Below, in pieces: positions 49,634-60,146 of a stretch of DNA of 64,000 nt (the first letter of the stretch is position 1; every line of letters starts with the position of its first letter). Made by a program: the position numbers and the translations under genes. The notes beneath the pieces are model-generated. The model was not told where the DNA came from, did not search any database, and was given only the letters and a program-made list of their open reading frames with translations. Source of the stretch: Promethearchaeota archaeon (GTDB taxonomy: Archaea > Asgardarchaeota > Lokiarchaeia > Sigyniarchaeales > SOKP01); assembly GCA_048938855.1 (NCBI GenBank), contig JBHLLT010000002.1, positions 288,001 to 352,000 on the forward strand, written 5' to 3'.

Positions 49634-49667
49634 ATGTAAACCTTTGATTGACAACCAAAGTTTACAT
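49634..49667. promoter_or_regulatory. Strong inverted repeat upstream of grpE-dnaK-dnaJ (operator or leader hairpin)
   Basis: ATGTAAAC(C)TTTG-ATTGACAAC-CAAAGTTTACAT, downstream of TATA-like TTTAAATA (~49595) and TTATATAA (~49617). Confidence 0.65.
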
Positions 49668-49674
49668 TTGAAAA

Positions 49675-50415
49675 TTGGGGTTTAAAACTCAAAAAATTAA
49701 AAATATGACATATAATATTAGAAAAGAAATGGGAGATATAAGACCTATGGCATTTGAAGACTATTTTGACAGATTTATAGGTGATCGCGGTTCTCCTCGT
49801 ACAGGATCAAATCAAATTTTAGTTTCGCGGACTGAGTTTGAGAAGCTTAAAGCGAAAGCTGACAAGTATGAAGCGTTAGTGGAGGAGCATAAGAAAATTA
49901 AGACGCAAAATGATCGACTTCTTAAAGAACTCGATGATATGAAAGAGGATGGTCGCAAATTCAAAGAACTAATGGAAGAAAAGGAGAAATTTATGAATTC
50001 ACTTTTGCGAGTCCGTGCTGATTTCGAAAACTATAAAAAACGTTCGGAGCGTGAAAACAGCAGGTATCGAGCATATGTAATGGAGGGTATTTTAAAGAAA
50101 TTAATCGATCATTATGATGATTTAATTAGGGCTTTAAATTTATTAAAAGTCCTTGAGAATATGGATGGGATTAAGAATGGTTTTGAAATAATCGTTAATA
50201 AATTTGAAAAATTACTTGATGAGGAAGGTGTCAAGCCAATGAACTCGGAAGGAGAGAAATTTGATCCATATAAACATGAAGTAGTAATAGTAGAAGAAGG
50301 TCGAGATGATCTCCCTGAAAATACTATATTGGAAGAAATAGCTAAGGGTTATTACTTTAAAGATAAAGTATTACGGCCAGCAATGGTCAAAATCTCAAAA
50401 AACTCAAAGTTATAA
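49675..50415 (+). CDS. grpE: Nucleotide exchange factor GrpE with N-terminal coiled-coil extension (start uncertain)
   Basis: LRVRADFENYKKR, GEKFDPYKHE, KGYYFKDKVLRPAMVKIS. Confidence 0.93.
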   Translation: MGFKTQKIKNMTYNIRKEMGDIRPMAFEDYFDRFIGDRGSPRTGSNQILVSRTEFEKLKAKADKYEALVEEHKKIKTQNDRLLKELDDMKEDGRKFKELMEEKEKFMNSLLRVRADFENYKKRSERENSRYRAYVMEGILKKLIDHYDDLIRALNLLKVLENMDGIKNGFEIIVNKFEKLLDEEGVKPMNSEGEKFDPYKHEVVIVEEGRDDLPENTILEEIAKGYYFKDKVLRPAMVKISKNSKL

Positions 50416-50471
50416 AATTTAAAATGAAAAATCAAAAATATTAAAATAACAATAAAAAAGAGTGATGAAAT

Positions 50472-52379
50472 ATGGCGAAAATTATAGGTATTGACTTAGG
50501 AACATCAAATTCAGCAGCAGCTGTTTTAATTGGCGGTAACCCAACAATTATTCCAAGTGCCGAAGGACTAACCTTAGGAGGAAAAGCTTTTCCTTCAGTG
50601 GTCGCCTTTACGAAAGATGGACAGAGATTAGTTGGAGAACCGGCACGAAGACAAGCTATATCAAATCCAGACCGTACAATTACAGCAATTAAGAGAAAGA
50701 TGGGGACTTCCTATAAAGTAACAATTGACGGGAAAGAATATTCTCCACAAGAGATTTCTGCCCTGATTCTTAGAAAAATCAAAGAAGATGCTAGTGCATA
50801 TTTAGGAGAAGAAGTTACTGATGCAATTATTACTGTCCCAGCTTATTTTAACGATAATCAAAGACAAGCTACAAAAGACGCGGGAAGGATCGCGGGATTA
50901 AATGTTAAACGTTTAATTAACGAACCCACTGCCGCAGCTGTAGCTTATGGGTTAGACAAAAAAAATATTCGACTAAAAATTGCAGTGTTGGATCTTGGTG
51001 GAGGTACTTTTGATGTCACTATAATGGAAATGGATAATCAAGTTTTTGAAGTGATATCTACTGCAGGTGATACTCAATTAGGAGGGACAGATATGGATAG
51101 GATACTTGTTGACTATATTATTTCAGAATTTCAGAAATCTGAGGGAGTAGATTTAAGGGGAGACTCAATGGCTATGCAAAGAGTAAAAGAAGCAGCAGAA
51201 AAAGCTAAAATTGAATTATCTACATCGATTACCACTGATATAAATTTACCTTATATAACTGCTACTAATGCAGGACCTAAACATCTTAATATGACACTTA
51301 CGAGAGCTAAATTAGAACAATTAATCGATCCTGTGTTGAAGAAATTAGATACTTCAATATTAAAAGCTTTAAAGGATGCAGGTATGGCGCGAGGAGAAAT
51401 CGATAAGATCATTTTAGTCGGAGGACCTACAAGGATGCCTGTAGTTCAAAAGAAATTCGAGGACTTATTAGGTAAAGCTCCAGAACGTAGTATTGATCCA
51501 ATGGAATGTGTTGCTATGGGTGCTGCTATTCAAGGTGGTATATTAACAGGAGAAGTTGAAGATCTTTTATTACTTGATGTAACTCCTTTATCATTAGGAG
51601 TTGAGACTTTAGGTGGAGTTTTTACCAAACTAATTGAAAGAAACACCACAATTCCTACAAAGAAGGCTGAGATTTTCTCAACAGCAGCAGATAATCAACC
51701 AGCAGTAGAAATTCATGTATTACAAGGTGAAAGACCAAGAGCAGCTGATAATATAACATTAGGTAAGTTTCATTTAACAGGTATTCCTCCAGCACCAAGG
51801 GGTATGCCACAGATAGAAGTAACATTTGATATTGATCAGAATGGAATTTTAAATGTTTCAGCGAAAGATAAAGGTACTGGAAAAAGTCAATCAATAACAA
51901 TCACGGCATCCACAAAGATGTCTGATGATGATATCGAACAAAAAATCAGAGAAGCTGAGAGAAATGCTGAAGAGGATAAAAAATTCAAAGAATTAACTGA
52001 GGCAAAAAATCAGGGAGAGTCATTAATTTATCAGACTGAGAAACTTTTAAAAGACAATGAAGCGGTAATTGGCGATTTAAAATCGAATATTCTTAACAAG
52101 ATCTCTGATTTAAGAAGTGCAATGGAATCTGATGATGTGAGTAGAATTAAAACCGCATCAGAAGCATTACAGAACTCATTACACGAAGTCTCATCTCGAA
52201 TGTATGGACAACAACCTGGACAAGGAGCTTACCAAGGTGCACCACCTGGAGGGATGGGGGATGTGCCACCAGGAACCACATATGGATATCAAGGAAAATC
52301 TCAAGATGAAATTGAAGAAGAGAAATTCAGAAAAGCCACAGGTCAAGATGATAATGTAGTCGATGCAGAATATGATTAA
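50472..52379 (+). CDS. dnaK: Molecular chaperone DnaK (Hsp70)
   Basis: [45 protein letters not shown]-terminal VVDAEY. Confidence 0.98.
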   Translation: MAKIIGIDLGTSNSAAAVLIGGNPTIIPSAEGLTLGGKAFPSVVAFTKDGQRLVGEPARRQAISNPDRTITAIKRKMGTSYKVTIDGKEYSPQEISALILRKIKEDASAYLGEEVTDAIITVPAYFNDNQRQATKDAGRIAGLNVKRLINEPTAAAVAYGLDKKNIRLKIAVLDLGGGTFDVTIMEMDNQVFEVISTAGDTQLGGTDMDRILVDYIISEFQKSEGVDLRGDSMAMQRVKEAAEKAKIELSTSITTDINLPYITATNAGPKHLNMTLTRAKLEQLIDPVLKKLDTSILKALKDAGMARGEIDKIILVGGPTRMPVVQKKFEDLLGKAPERSIDPMECVAMGAAIQGGILTGEVEDLLLLDVTPLSLGVETLGGVFTKLIERNTTIPTKKAEIFSTAADNQPAVEIHVLQGERPRAADNITLGKFHLTGIPPAPRGMPQIEVTFDIDQNGILNVSAKDKGTGKSQSITITASTKMSDDDIEQKIREAERNAEEDKKFKELTEAKNQGESLIYQTEKLLKDNEAVIGDLKSNILNKISDLRSAMESDDVSRIKTASEALQNSLHEVSSRMYGQQPGQGAYQGAPPGGMGDVPPGTTYGYQGKSQDEIEEEKFRKATGQDDNVVDAEYD

Positions 52380-52393
52380 TTTTTTTTTTTTTT
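52380..52393 (+). terminator. T14 tract after dnaK; candidate intra-operon terminator
   Basis: Fourteen consecutive T directly after the TAA. Confidence 0.5.
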
Positions 52394-52452
52394 AAATTAA
52401 TTTTTTTTATTCTTTACTTAAAGATTATTATTACATAAAGGGGTTGTAAAAT

Positions 52453-53463
52453 ATGGCAAAAGATTATTATCAAAGTTTAGGAATTAACAAAGGAGCTTCA
52501 AAAGAAGAAATTAAAAGAGCATTTCGTAAAATGGCTCGTAAATATCATCCTGATGTAAATCCAGATGAACCAAAATCAGGAGAAAAATTTAAGGAAATAA
52601 ACGAAGCGTATAGTATTTTAAGTGATGATAAAAAGAGAGAAATGTATGATAAATTTGGTGTTGTAGAAGGAGACTCTTCCACATATCAGAATTGGGGAGG
52701 TGCTCCAGGAGGCGCCAGAGTTCATAGAAGTCCAGATGGTACAACCTATTATTATTCCAGTTCAGGTTCTCCAGGAGGGTTCGATTTCGGCGATATTTTT
52801 GGAAATCGAAATAATTCTAGGAATGGTTCTGGGGGATTTGACTTTTTTAATGATTTGGGAGATATATTTGACGTATTTAATAAAAGAGGGGGAGGTAGCA
52901 CACGAGCGAGATCTCCCAATTTTAATAATCTCCCGAGAGAAGGAGACGATTTAAGATATGATATGGAAATAGATTTTATGGATGCGTTTTATGGAGGGAA
53001 GAAAAAAGTTCAATATAAAGATCCCACTACTGGTCAAATGAAGACTCTAAATGTAAATATTCCAAGAGGAATTAAGGATGACCAAAAATTACGTCTAAAG
53101 GGGAAAGGCATGTCAGGAGAAAATGGAGGGGTTCCTGGAGATCTATATATAGCAATACATATAAGAAAGCATCCAAAATTTGAAAGAAGGGATGATGATA
53201 TTTATATAGAACAAGAAGTTCCTTATACAACTGCTACACTCGGTGGAAAAATTCAAGTACAAGGGATTGAAAAAATATTGAATGTAAATGTTCCCGCGGG
53301 AACAAATGATTCATCATTATTAAGATTAAAAAATCAAGGATTTTATAAAATTAATTCAGATCAAAGAGGAAATTTATTAGTTAAAATCAAAATTAAAATT
53401 CCTGGTAAATTGAACAAGAATCAAAAAAATTTATTAGAAAAATTACAAACTGTGGGTTTATAA
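52453..53463 (+). CDS. dnaJ: Class B (zinc-finger-less, CbpA-like) DnaJ co-chaperone
   Basis: J domain with HPD, G/F-rich region, C-terminal domain; no CxxCxGxG repeats. Confidence 0.93.
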   Translation: MAKDYYQSLGINKGASKEEIKRAFRKMARKYHPDVNPDEPKSGEKFKEINEAYSILSDDKKREMYDKFGVVEGDSSTYQNWGGAPGGARVHRSPDGTTYYYSSSGSPGGFDFGDIFGNRNNSRNGSGGFDFFNDLGDIFDVFNKRGGGSTRARSPNFNNLPREGDDLRYDMEIDFMDAFYGGKKKVQYKDPTTGQMKTLNVNIPRGIKDDQKLRLKGKGMSGENGGVPGDLYIAIHIRKHPKFERRDDDIYIEQEVPYTTATLGGKIQVQGIEKILNVNVPAGTNDSSLLRLKNQGFYKINSDQRGNLLVKIKIKIPGKLNKNQKNLLEKLQTVGL

Positions 53464-53579
53464 ATAAATATGGAGAAATTGCATAAAATAGAAAATCAAG
53501 AACTTGAGGGGAATGAAGAATTGGTCTCCATATGATTTATTATTTGTAAAAAAAAATAAGTTAATGAGGATATTAGAAA

Positions 53580-54479
53580 ATGGTAGTAAAAACACAAAGT
53601 AATGAATATGCAAATTTATGCCCAGAATGTGGGGGTTCAGTGATTACATTAATTAATACTGGAGATGTAGTATGTAATCAATGTGGATTAGTGATTAATG
53701 AAAAAAGTGTTGATTTCTCACATAATGGTAGGAGAGCATATACTAATCAAGAAAAAACAAATAGAGAGCAAACGGGGGCTCCAGTTTCTATATTACTACC
53801 TGACATGGGGTTAAGTACAGTTATAGATAAAAGTAAAATTAGCAATCCTGATTTAAAAAGGGCTGCTAAATGGAATACACGCATAACATGGCAGAAAAGA
53901 AATTTATTGATTGCCTCTACAGAATTAAAAAGAATTAGCACTATTTTAAACTTACCCAATTATGTAAAAGAAGATGCTATGCGTCTTTATATCGAAGCTT
54001 TTAAAAAGAAATTGTTAAGAGGAAGATCAATTAACGCTATGGTTGCGGCGTGTTTATATCTCGCATGTAGGAGGAAAAAACTTCCTAGGACTCTACAAGA
54101 AATTTTAAATGAAGCATCAGTAAATGCTAAAGACGTCAGAAGATGTTATACCACATTAGTTAGAGAAATGAAATTAAATCCGCCATCTACGGATCCAATA
54201 TCCCTTATTCCAAAATATATGACAGATTTAGGGTTAAATTCAGATATTGAACAACTAACAACTAAAATTCTTAATGCTTATAGAGGCAAATTCTCTATTA
54301 GTGGTAAAGATCCAAAAGGTTTATGTGCCGGAGCAATATATTTAGCCTGTCGACTTAAAAATAAGGAAATTACCCAACAACAAATTGTACAAGCGATTGG
54401 AGTTACCGAAGTTACACTTCGCTCACGATACAAAGAATTAAAAATTAAATTGAACGTTAAAGTGCCAATGAAAATTTAG
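53580..54479 (+). CDS. tfb: Transcription initiation factor IIB (TFB) paralogue
   Basis: CPECG...CNQCG zinc ribbon, LRGRS, PRTL, GKDPKGL, VTEVTLRSRYKEL. Confidence 0.95.
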   Translation: MVVKTQSNEYANLCPECGGSVITLINTGDVVCNQCGLVINEKSVDFSHNGRRAYTNQEKTNREQTGAPVSILLPDMGLSTVIDKSKISNPDLKRAAKWNTRITWQKRNLLIASTELKRISTILNLPNYVKEDAMRLYIEAFKKKLLRGRSINAMVAACLYLACRRKKLPRTLQEILNEASVNAKDVRRCYTTLVREMKLNPPSTDPISLIPKYMTDLGLNSDIEQLTTKILNAYRGKFSISGKDPKGLCAGAIYLACRLKNKEITQQQIVQAIGVTEVTLRSRYKELKIKLNVKVPMKI

Positions 54480-54579
54480 AATTTAGTTTAAGTTTGAATA
54501 TAATAAAACTCTATTCTTTTTTTTAAAATTAAATTTAAATATATTTTGTCATCTTTATTAATATTACAATAGATTTTAT

Positions 54580-55569
54580 TTGATACATATGGTATCTTAT
54601 AAAGAGTTGGGTTTATCCAATACAAAACGAATGTTTGAAGTTGCCTTAGAAAGAAAATTTGCGATTCCAGGTTATAATTTCAGCAATTTAGAACAATTAC
54701 AAGCGATAATCATCGGTTGCGGAGAGAGTAAATCACCAGTTATACTTCAAAATAGCCCTAGTGCTGGAAAGTATGCGAATCCTATTATGGTCCGATATAT
54801 GGCTCAAGGAGCTGTAGAATTGGCAAAAAATTTAGACTATGATATTCCAATAGCTCTGCATTTAGATCATGGAAATTCTTTTGAGTTGTCAAAAAATTGT
54901 ATAGATAATGGATTTTCAAGCGTTATGTTTGATGGAAGTCATCTTAAATATGATGAAAATGTAAGTATCACAAAGAAAATTGTTCAATATGCTCATGAAA
55001 AAGATATAACTGTAGAAGCTGAATTAGGAGTCATTGCGGGCGTTGAAGATCATGTTAAGTCAACTAAACAATACTATACTGACCCAGAACAAGTTGAAGA
55101 TTTTGTAACCAAGACAAATTGTGATTCTTTAGCCATTGCTATCGGTACATCACATGGAGCTTATAAATTCAAAGTTGAAAAGGAGGACGACATACCTGAA
55201 TTACGTTTTGATATACTTGAAGAGGTAAGAGAACGATTAGGCAAATTTCCAATAGTATTACATGGTTCATCCTCTATTCCTAAGAAATATGTAAAGATTA
55301 TTAATGATTACGGTGGAAAAGTAGAGAAAGCGTTTGGAATTCCTGAGGTTCAACTTAAAAAAGCAACTCAGTATGGAGTATGTAAAATAAATATTGCAAC
55401 TGATTTCAGAATTGTATTTACCGCTATAATACGAAAATATTTAGTTGAACATCCAGATCATATTGGTCCAAGGCAATATTTGGGTTTAGCGCGTCAAGAG
55501 TCAATTGAAATGATTAAACAAAGAAATACAGAAGTACTTGGTTCTGCCAACCAAGCTCGATTCATTTAA
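54580..55569 (+). CDS. fba: Class II fructose-1,6-bisphosphate aldolase
   Basis: ALHLDHG, SVMFDGS, VEAELG, IGTSHGAYK, VLHGSS, KINI. Confidence 0.95.
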   Translation: MIHMVSYKELGLSNTKRMFEVALERKFAIPGYNFSNLEQLQAIIIGCGESKSPVILQNSPSAGKYANPIMVRYMAQGAVELAKNLDYDIPIALHLDHGNSFELSKNCIDNGFSSVMFDGSHLKYDENVSITKKIVQYAHEKDITVEAELGVIAGVEDHVKSTKQYYTDPEQVEDFVTKTNCDSLAIAIGTSHGAYKFKVEKEDDIPELRFDILEEVRERLGKFPIVLHGSSSIPKKYVKIINDYGGKVEKAFGIPEVQLKKATQYGVCKINIATDFRIVFTAIIRKYLVEHPDHIGPRQYLGLARQESIEMIKQRNTEVLGSANQARFI

Positions 55570-55735
55570 ACCATTTATATTTAAATTAAAACAACTTCAT
55601 ATAGTCAAAGATTATACAGTTTCATTTAACCTAAATCAATCACTTTTAAAAATGTGAATTATATAATGGAATTCCAAATTCTTTATCATCTGTATGAGGG
55701 TTGATATTCAGTTTTTTTGAGTATTTAAGAATTAT

Positions 55736-56680
55736 CTATATAGTAGATTTGAATTGTGGAAAAAGCAATAATGCATTTTTCCTCTCAATATCTAAGAATT
55801 TTTGTTTATCAACCATACTGTAGTTTACAATTTCTCGAATCATTTTTTTTACAGCAATTTCATGAACGAATGGAAAATCACTCCCAAAGAGGATATGGGA
55901 ATGATCTACTAATTCCATCAAAGAATGAAAAACATTCCTTGTAGCTGACAGTGCTGTACCATAGTAAAGATTTTTAAATTGTTTAATTAATTTCTTGTTT
56001 CCAAAGGAAATCCTCCATGCAATATAAGGTGCTGTTCCTCCGGCATGTGCGAAAATAAATTTGATATTAGGATACCTTTTAAAAATACCATGATGCATGA
56101 GATTTGCTATTGCTCGTGTTGTATCAAAAACAAATTCTAAAATAGCGGAAGGAAAATTAAGATTAGGTAAATTCTCTTCGGGGGGAATATCTGGATGGAT
56201 GAAAACTGTTGTATTTCGCTGATTAAGTTCAAAAAAAAGATTTTCAAATTCTGGATCGCCGATATATTTACCTTTATAATTGGTTAACATTCCCACACCA
56301 TTTAATTCTAATATATCCAATGCGTACTCTAATTCAAGCAGTGATGCTTTAATACCAGGAAGAGGCAAAATAGCAAATCCTCCAAAACGTTTTGGATAGT
56401 GACTTATTAAATTAGCAGAAAATTCATTACAAAGACGTGCGAGTTTTTTTGTGAATTTGAGATCTCCAAAATAAATTCCTGGAGAAGATATTGAGGTTAT
56501 AGCTGTTGCAATGCTTTGTCGATCCATAAACTCAAGGCTATATTCTGGATCCCATTTTGGGAAAGGTGCATTAGTAACAGTAGTAATACCAATCTTTGCT
56601 AATAATGATAGATAGTTAGGAGGGAGAATATGATGATGAATATCAATTCGATGTGGTTTAGTTATCAAATTTAAACTCAC
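55736..56680 (-). CDS. Amidohydrolase-2 family protein (ACMSD/aromatic-acid decarboxylase-like)
   Basis: IDIHHH, VFIHP, FDTTRA, AHAGG, ILFGSDFPF. Confidence 0.88.
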   Translation of the reverse strand: MSLNLITKPHRIDIHHHILPPNYLSLLAKIGITTVTNAPFPKWDPEYSLEFMDRQSIATAITSISSPGIYFGDLKFTKKLARLCNEFSANLISHYPKRFGGFAILPLPGIKASLLELEYALDILELNGVGMLTNYKGKYIGDPEFENLFFELNQRNTTVFIHPDIPPEENLPNLNFPSAILEFVFDTTRAIANLMHHGIFKRYPNIKFIFAHAGGTAPYIAWRISFGNKKLIKQFKNLYYGTALSATRNVFHSLMELVDHSHILFGSDFPFVHEIAVKKMIREIVNYSMVDKQKFLDIERKNALLLFPQFKSTI

Positions 56681-56719
56681 TTTTATGAGATTGGTAATAT
56701 TTAGGCTTTCAAATTTAAT

Positions 56720-57001
56720 TTACCCTTTTTCAATGACTATTCCTGTACCACCTTTAGGATATTGAAATATAATTGCACCAGCATCACAAACTTGGTAACA
56801 AGCAGCACATTCTAAACATTTTGATTGATAATCTTCACTAATATAGATTTTTCCTTCTTTTTTGCGCCATAAACTCATAACACATATAATTAAACAACGT
56901 CCACAATTATTACATTTATTAAAATCTATTGAAATAAAGTTACCTGTACCTGGAATTCGTTTGGTTAATCCTTCTAGTTCTATATTCATTTTTTTAAACA
57001 C
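56720..57001 (-). CDS. FixX-like 2x[4Fe-4S] ferredoxin
   Basis: CNNCGRCLIIC, CLECAACYQVC, YPKGGTG. Confidence 0.88.
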   Translation of the reverse strand: MFKKMNIELEGLTKRIPGTGNFISIDFNKCNNCGRCLIICVMSLWRKKEGKIYISEDYQSKCLECAACYQVCDAGAIIFQYPKGGTGIVIEKG

Positions 57002-58394
57002 CTCTCTTCTTCTTTTTCTGTGGCAGTAAATCTAAAAGTTTAGGTAAAGCTTTCATAATCTTCTTCGGATCCATTAATTTATCTAAATCATCTTCAAAAA
57101 CCTTGGTCAATAAAGGAATTACGTATGCCATTATAAATGGCGTTGCTTTAGGCAAATATGATCTTATGTGCCCTATAATTTGACGTACTCTTAAAGCATG
57201 AGGTTGTGACCAATCAAATATTCCTCCAATGATTTCCATTATCATTGGTACAAACCATGACATAGTTTCTTTTGGGCTAAATGGCAAAGCTTTCCATATA
57301 TTCCATAATTCAAAACCCGCCTCAAACTCTTTTCCAATACTAGTTTTTTGCCATTTTTCATCAAATTTATTAAGGTTTACCCTCGACACATCTCCATAAG
57401 GTATTACATTAGATGCGACCTCTGCCGCTATTTTTCCTGTTACCATAGCAGGATATATCCCTTCTGCTTCGAGTGGACATGGAAACCCACCAGCATCACC
57501 AATCAATATAACTCCATCGGTATGAGTATTATGAGGATAATCTAACCAAGGAAGAAGGTGTGCTTGAAGCTCACGTGGTTTTGCATTAAGTATTTTTAAC
57601 AATCTTTGATAATATTTGAGATTAACAACACGATTTAAATAATATAATGGATTTTTATCCCACCAATTCATCCAGTTGCCCAATCCCTGATGAAAACCAT
57701 CGTTAAAAAAAACTTGATATGATGCAGGAAAGGTTGATCCCCACCATATACCTAATGTCTCATCACCCATAATATCATCAATTCTTTCTGAAGGCGCTTG
57801 AAAATCATACTGTGGTACTAATGTAACTTGATTTTGTGGCCATTTTGTTCTTAATCCAGATTTTTGTGCTACAATCGATATAACACCATCTGCCCCAATG
57901 ACAATTGGAGCCCTATATTTATCTCCTTTTTCATCAATAACACCACACACATTGCCATTTTCTTTTAATAAATCGACAATTAAAGTTGAAGTCTTTAACT
58001 CAGCACCAGCTTCAATAGCAAATTGAGCAATCCAAGGATCAAACTCGCTACGATATATATTCATAGTAATCCATGATTTTGCGGGTTCATATGAAACAGA
58101 TTCTGTCGGTCGAGCCATAATATAACCTGCCACAATGTCATCTTCATTTATAAAGTAATTACGAGAGGCAGTTCCTGCTCGCATAGAAGGACATTTATCA
58201 GGAGTTAAACTTTTCATCATCTTAGGAAAATCTCTGAACATTCGGGGTCCTAATCCACATCCTGAAGAATTTTTTTGACCTGGTTTACCACTACGTTCAA
58301 AAAAAATAGTCTTTAAACCATTTTCTGCTGCTGTTTTAGCTGCGACAGAACCTCCGGGTCCAGCACCCACTATTATAAGATCATAATTTTTCAT
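56994..58394 (-). CDS. FixC/geranylgeranyl-reductase-like FAD oxidoreductase
   Basis: GAGPGG, PGQKNSSG, RSEFDPW, GADG, GDAGG.PCPLEAEGI. Confidence 0.85.
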   Translation of the reverse strand: MKNYDLIIVGAGPGGSVAAKTAAENGLKTIFFERSGKPGQKNSSGCGLGPRMFRDFPKMMKSLTPDKCPSMRAGTASRNYFINEDDIVAGYIMARPTESVSYEPAKSWITMNIYRSEFDPWIAQFAIEAGAELKTSTLIVDLLKENGNVCGVIDEKGDKYRAPIVIGADGVISIVAQKSGLRTKWPQNQVTLVPQYDFQAPSERIDDIMGDETLGIWWGSTFPASYQVFFNDGFHQGLGNWMNWWDKNPLYYLNRVVNLKYYQRLLKILNAKPRELQAHLLPWLDYPHNTHTDGVILIGDAGGFPCPLEAEGIYPAMVTGKIAAEVASNVIPYGDVSRVNLNKFDEKWQKTSIGKEFEAGFELWNIWKALPFSPKETMSWFVPMIMEIIGGIFDWSQPHALRVRQIIGHIRSYLPKATPFIMAYVIPLLTKVFEDDLDKLMDPKKIMKALPKLLDLLPQKKKKRGV

Positions 58395-58542
58395 TAGAAT
58401 TCCCTTTTACTTGCTCTTTCATTAAATATAATTGTTTAATAATACTTATCTATTAAATAAAGTTTTATTTTTTTGAATGAAAATATCTTAATAGATGCTA
58501 ATATTTTAAAAAGAAAGGAACATCTTAATTTTCTTATCAAGT

Positions 58543-60003
58543 ATGAGCGAAGAACAAATTTATACCGAATTAATTAAAATTTGCGGTTCAAAAAATATTT
58601 CAAACGATTCTAATTTACTTAAAAAATACTCAGAAGATTTAAGCATCTTTCCCAAAAATGAACCAAAATATATCATCTGGCCTGAGAATAGAAAGCAAAT
58701 TCAACAAATATTGAGATTAGCGAATACTTTTAAATTTGCAATTGTTCCAGTTAGCTCTCCAACAGGGCCTAGGCACCATGGTGATACAATACCACGTAAT
58801 AACAATACAATTATATTAAACCTTTCCAAATTGAATAAAATAATTAGTATTGATAAGAAAAATAGAGTAGTTATGATTGAACCGGGAGTTACCTTTGCTG
58901 ATTTAATCCCACTCTTACGGAAGAGAGGTTTAAAGCTATTAATGCCGTTATTCCCACGAGCCTCAAAGTCTGTTCTTACTTCGGCACTCGAGCGTGAACC
59001 TATTACAATCCCTCGATATATGTGGGATAGTTCAGATCCATTATTATGTACTGAAGTTTTCTTTGGAAATGGTGAAATGTTTAGAACAGGAACAGCAGCA
59101 GGTCCAGGTAGTATTAAACAACAAAAAAAATCAGGACAAGCACAAGTAAATCCGATGGGACCTACTCAATTTAGTCCATTCAGGGTTATACAAGGAGCAC
59201 AAGGGAGTATTGGAATAGTTACATGGGTAACGCTAAAATTAGAATTGCTTCCCTCAGCGCATAAGATTTATCATTTACAATCAGAAAACATTGAACAACT
59301 CTTAGAGTTTCAACATGAATTATTAAAATATCGTTTATGTGATGAATTACTCATTTTGAATAATCTTAACTTAGCCTGTTTAATTGAAGAAGATCCAAAC
59401 AATATTTTAGAATTAGCTAAGGAAATGCTTGAATGGAATTTAATATTTGTTATCTCTGGAAAAGGGACATTAGCAAATGATAGAATAACATATTTAGAAG
59501 GCGACATTCATGATATTAGTAAGGAAAAAAAGCTCACACTAACAGAAAGTAGCTTAATACCCGAAAATGATATCTTACGCTTTTTATATCAAGCTAATAA
59601 AAATCCATGGAGGTTACGATTGAGCGGAGGATATCAAGATATCTTTTTTATTTCTAACTATGAAAAGATTCCGAATTTCATTGAATTAGTCAAGAAGCAA
59701 ATCTCAAACAATTTGGGAATATATATTCAAGCAATTAATCAAGGAACATCTTATCACTGTGAATTTGACATATTTTATAATCCCAAAAATGAAAGAGAAA
59801 CATTAGATGTTAAAAATAAATTTATAGAGACTAGTACTAATTTGATGGATTCAGGAGCTTTTTTTAATCGTCCATATGGTCTTTGGGCTAAAGAGGTTTA
59901 TAAGAGACATGAAAATTCGACACAGAAAGCATTAAAAAAAATTAAACAGATTTTTGATCCTAATAATGTATTAAACCCTGGCGTATTATGTTTTGATGAT
60001 TAA
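58543..60003 (+). CDS. FAD-binding oxidoreductase (VAO/PCMH, GlcD-like family)
   Basis: LNLSKLNKII, IEPGVTF, GAQGSIGIVT, IKQIFDPNNVLNPG. Confidence 0.88.
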   Translation: MSEEQIYTELIKICGSKNISNDSNLLKKYSEDLSIFPKNEPKYIIWPENRKQIQQILRLANTFKFAIVPVSSPTGPRHHGDTIPRNNNTIILNLSKLNKIISIDKKNRVVMIEPGVTFADLIPLLRKRGLKLLMPLFPRASKSVLTSALEREPITIPRYMWDSSDPLLCTEVFFGNGEMFRTGTAAGPGSIKQQKKSGQAQVNPMGPTQFSPFRVIQGAQGSIGIVTWVTLKLELLPSAHKIYHLQSENIEQLLEFQHELLKYRLCDELLILNNLNLACLIEEDPNNILELAKEMLEWNLIFVISGKGTLANDRITYLEGDIHDISKEKKLTLTESSLIPENDILRFLYQANKNPWRLRLSGGYQDIFFISNYEKIPNFIELVKKQISNNLGIYIQAINQGTSYHCEFDIFYNPKNERETLDVKNKFIETSTNLMDSGAFFNRPYGLWAKEVYKRHENSTQKALKKIKQIFDPNNVLNPGVLCFDD

Positions 60004-60146
60004 AGTTATTTTGAATTGATCAAAAAACATAATTTTGAATAAATTGGAAGGATTTAAGACTCTTTTTCGATTTCATAAATATTAAATATTTCTATTTTTA
60101 TTATAGGTGAGAATAATAATTTCAAAATCAAGTAATTGAATGAGTA

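Noticed and set aside
53470-53535. 21-aa ORF MEKLHKIENQELEGNEELVSI between dnaJ and tfb
   Set aside because: Too short and motif-free to support without conservation or translation data
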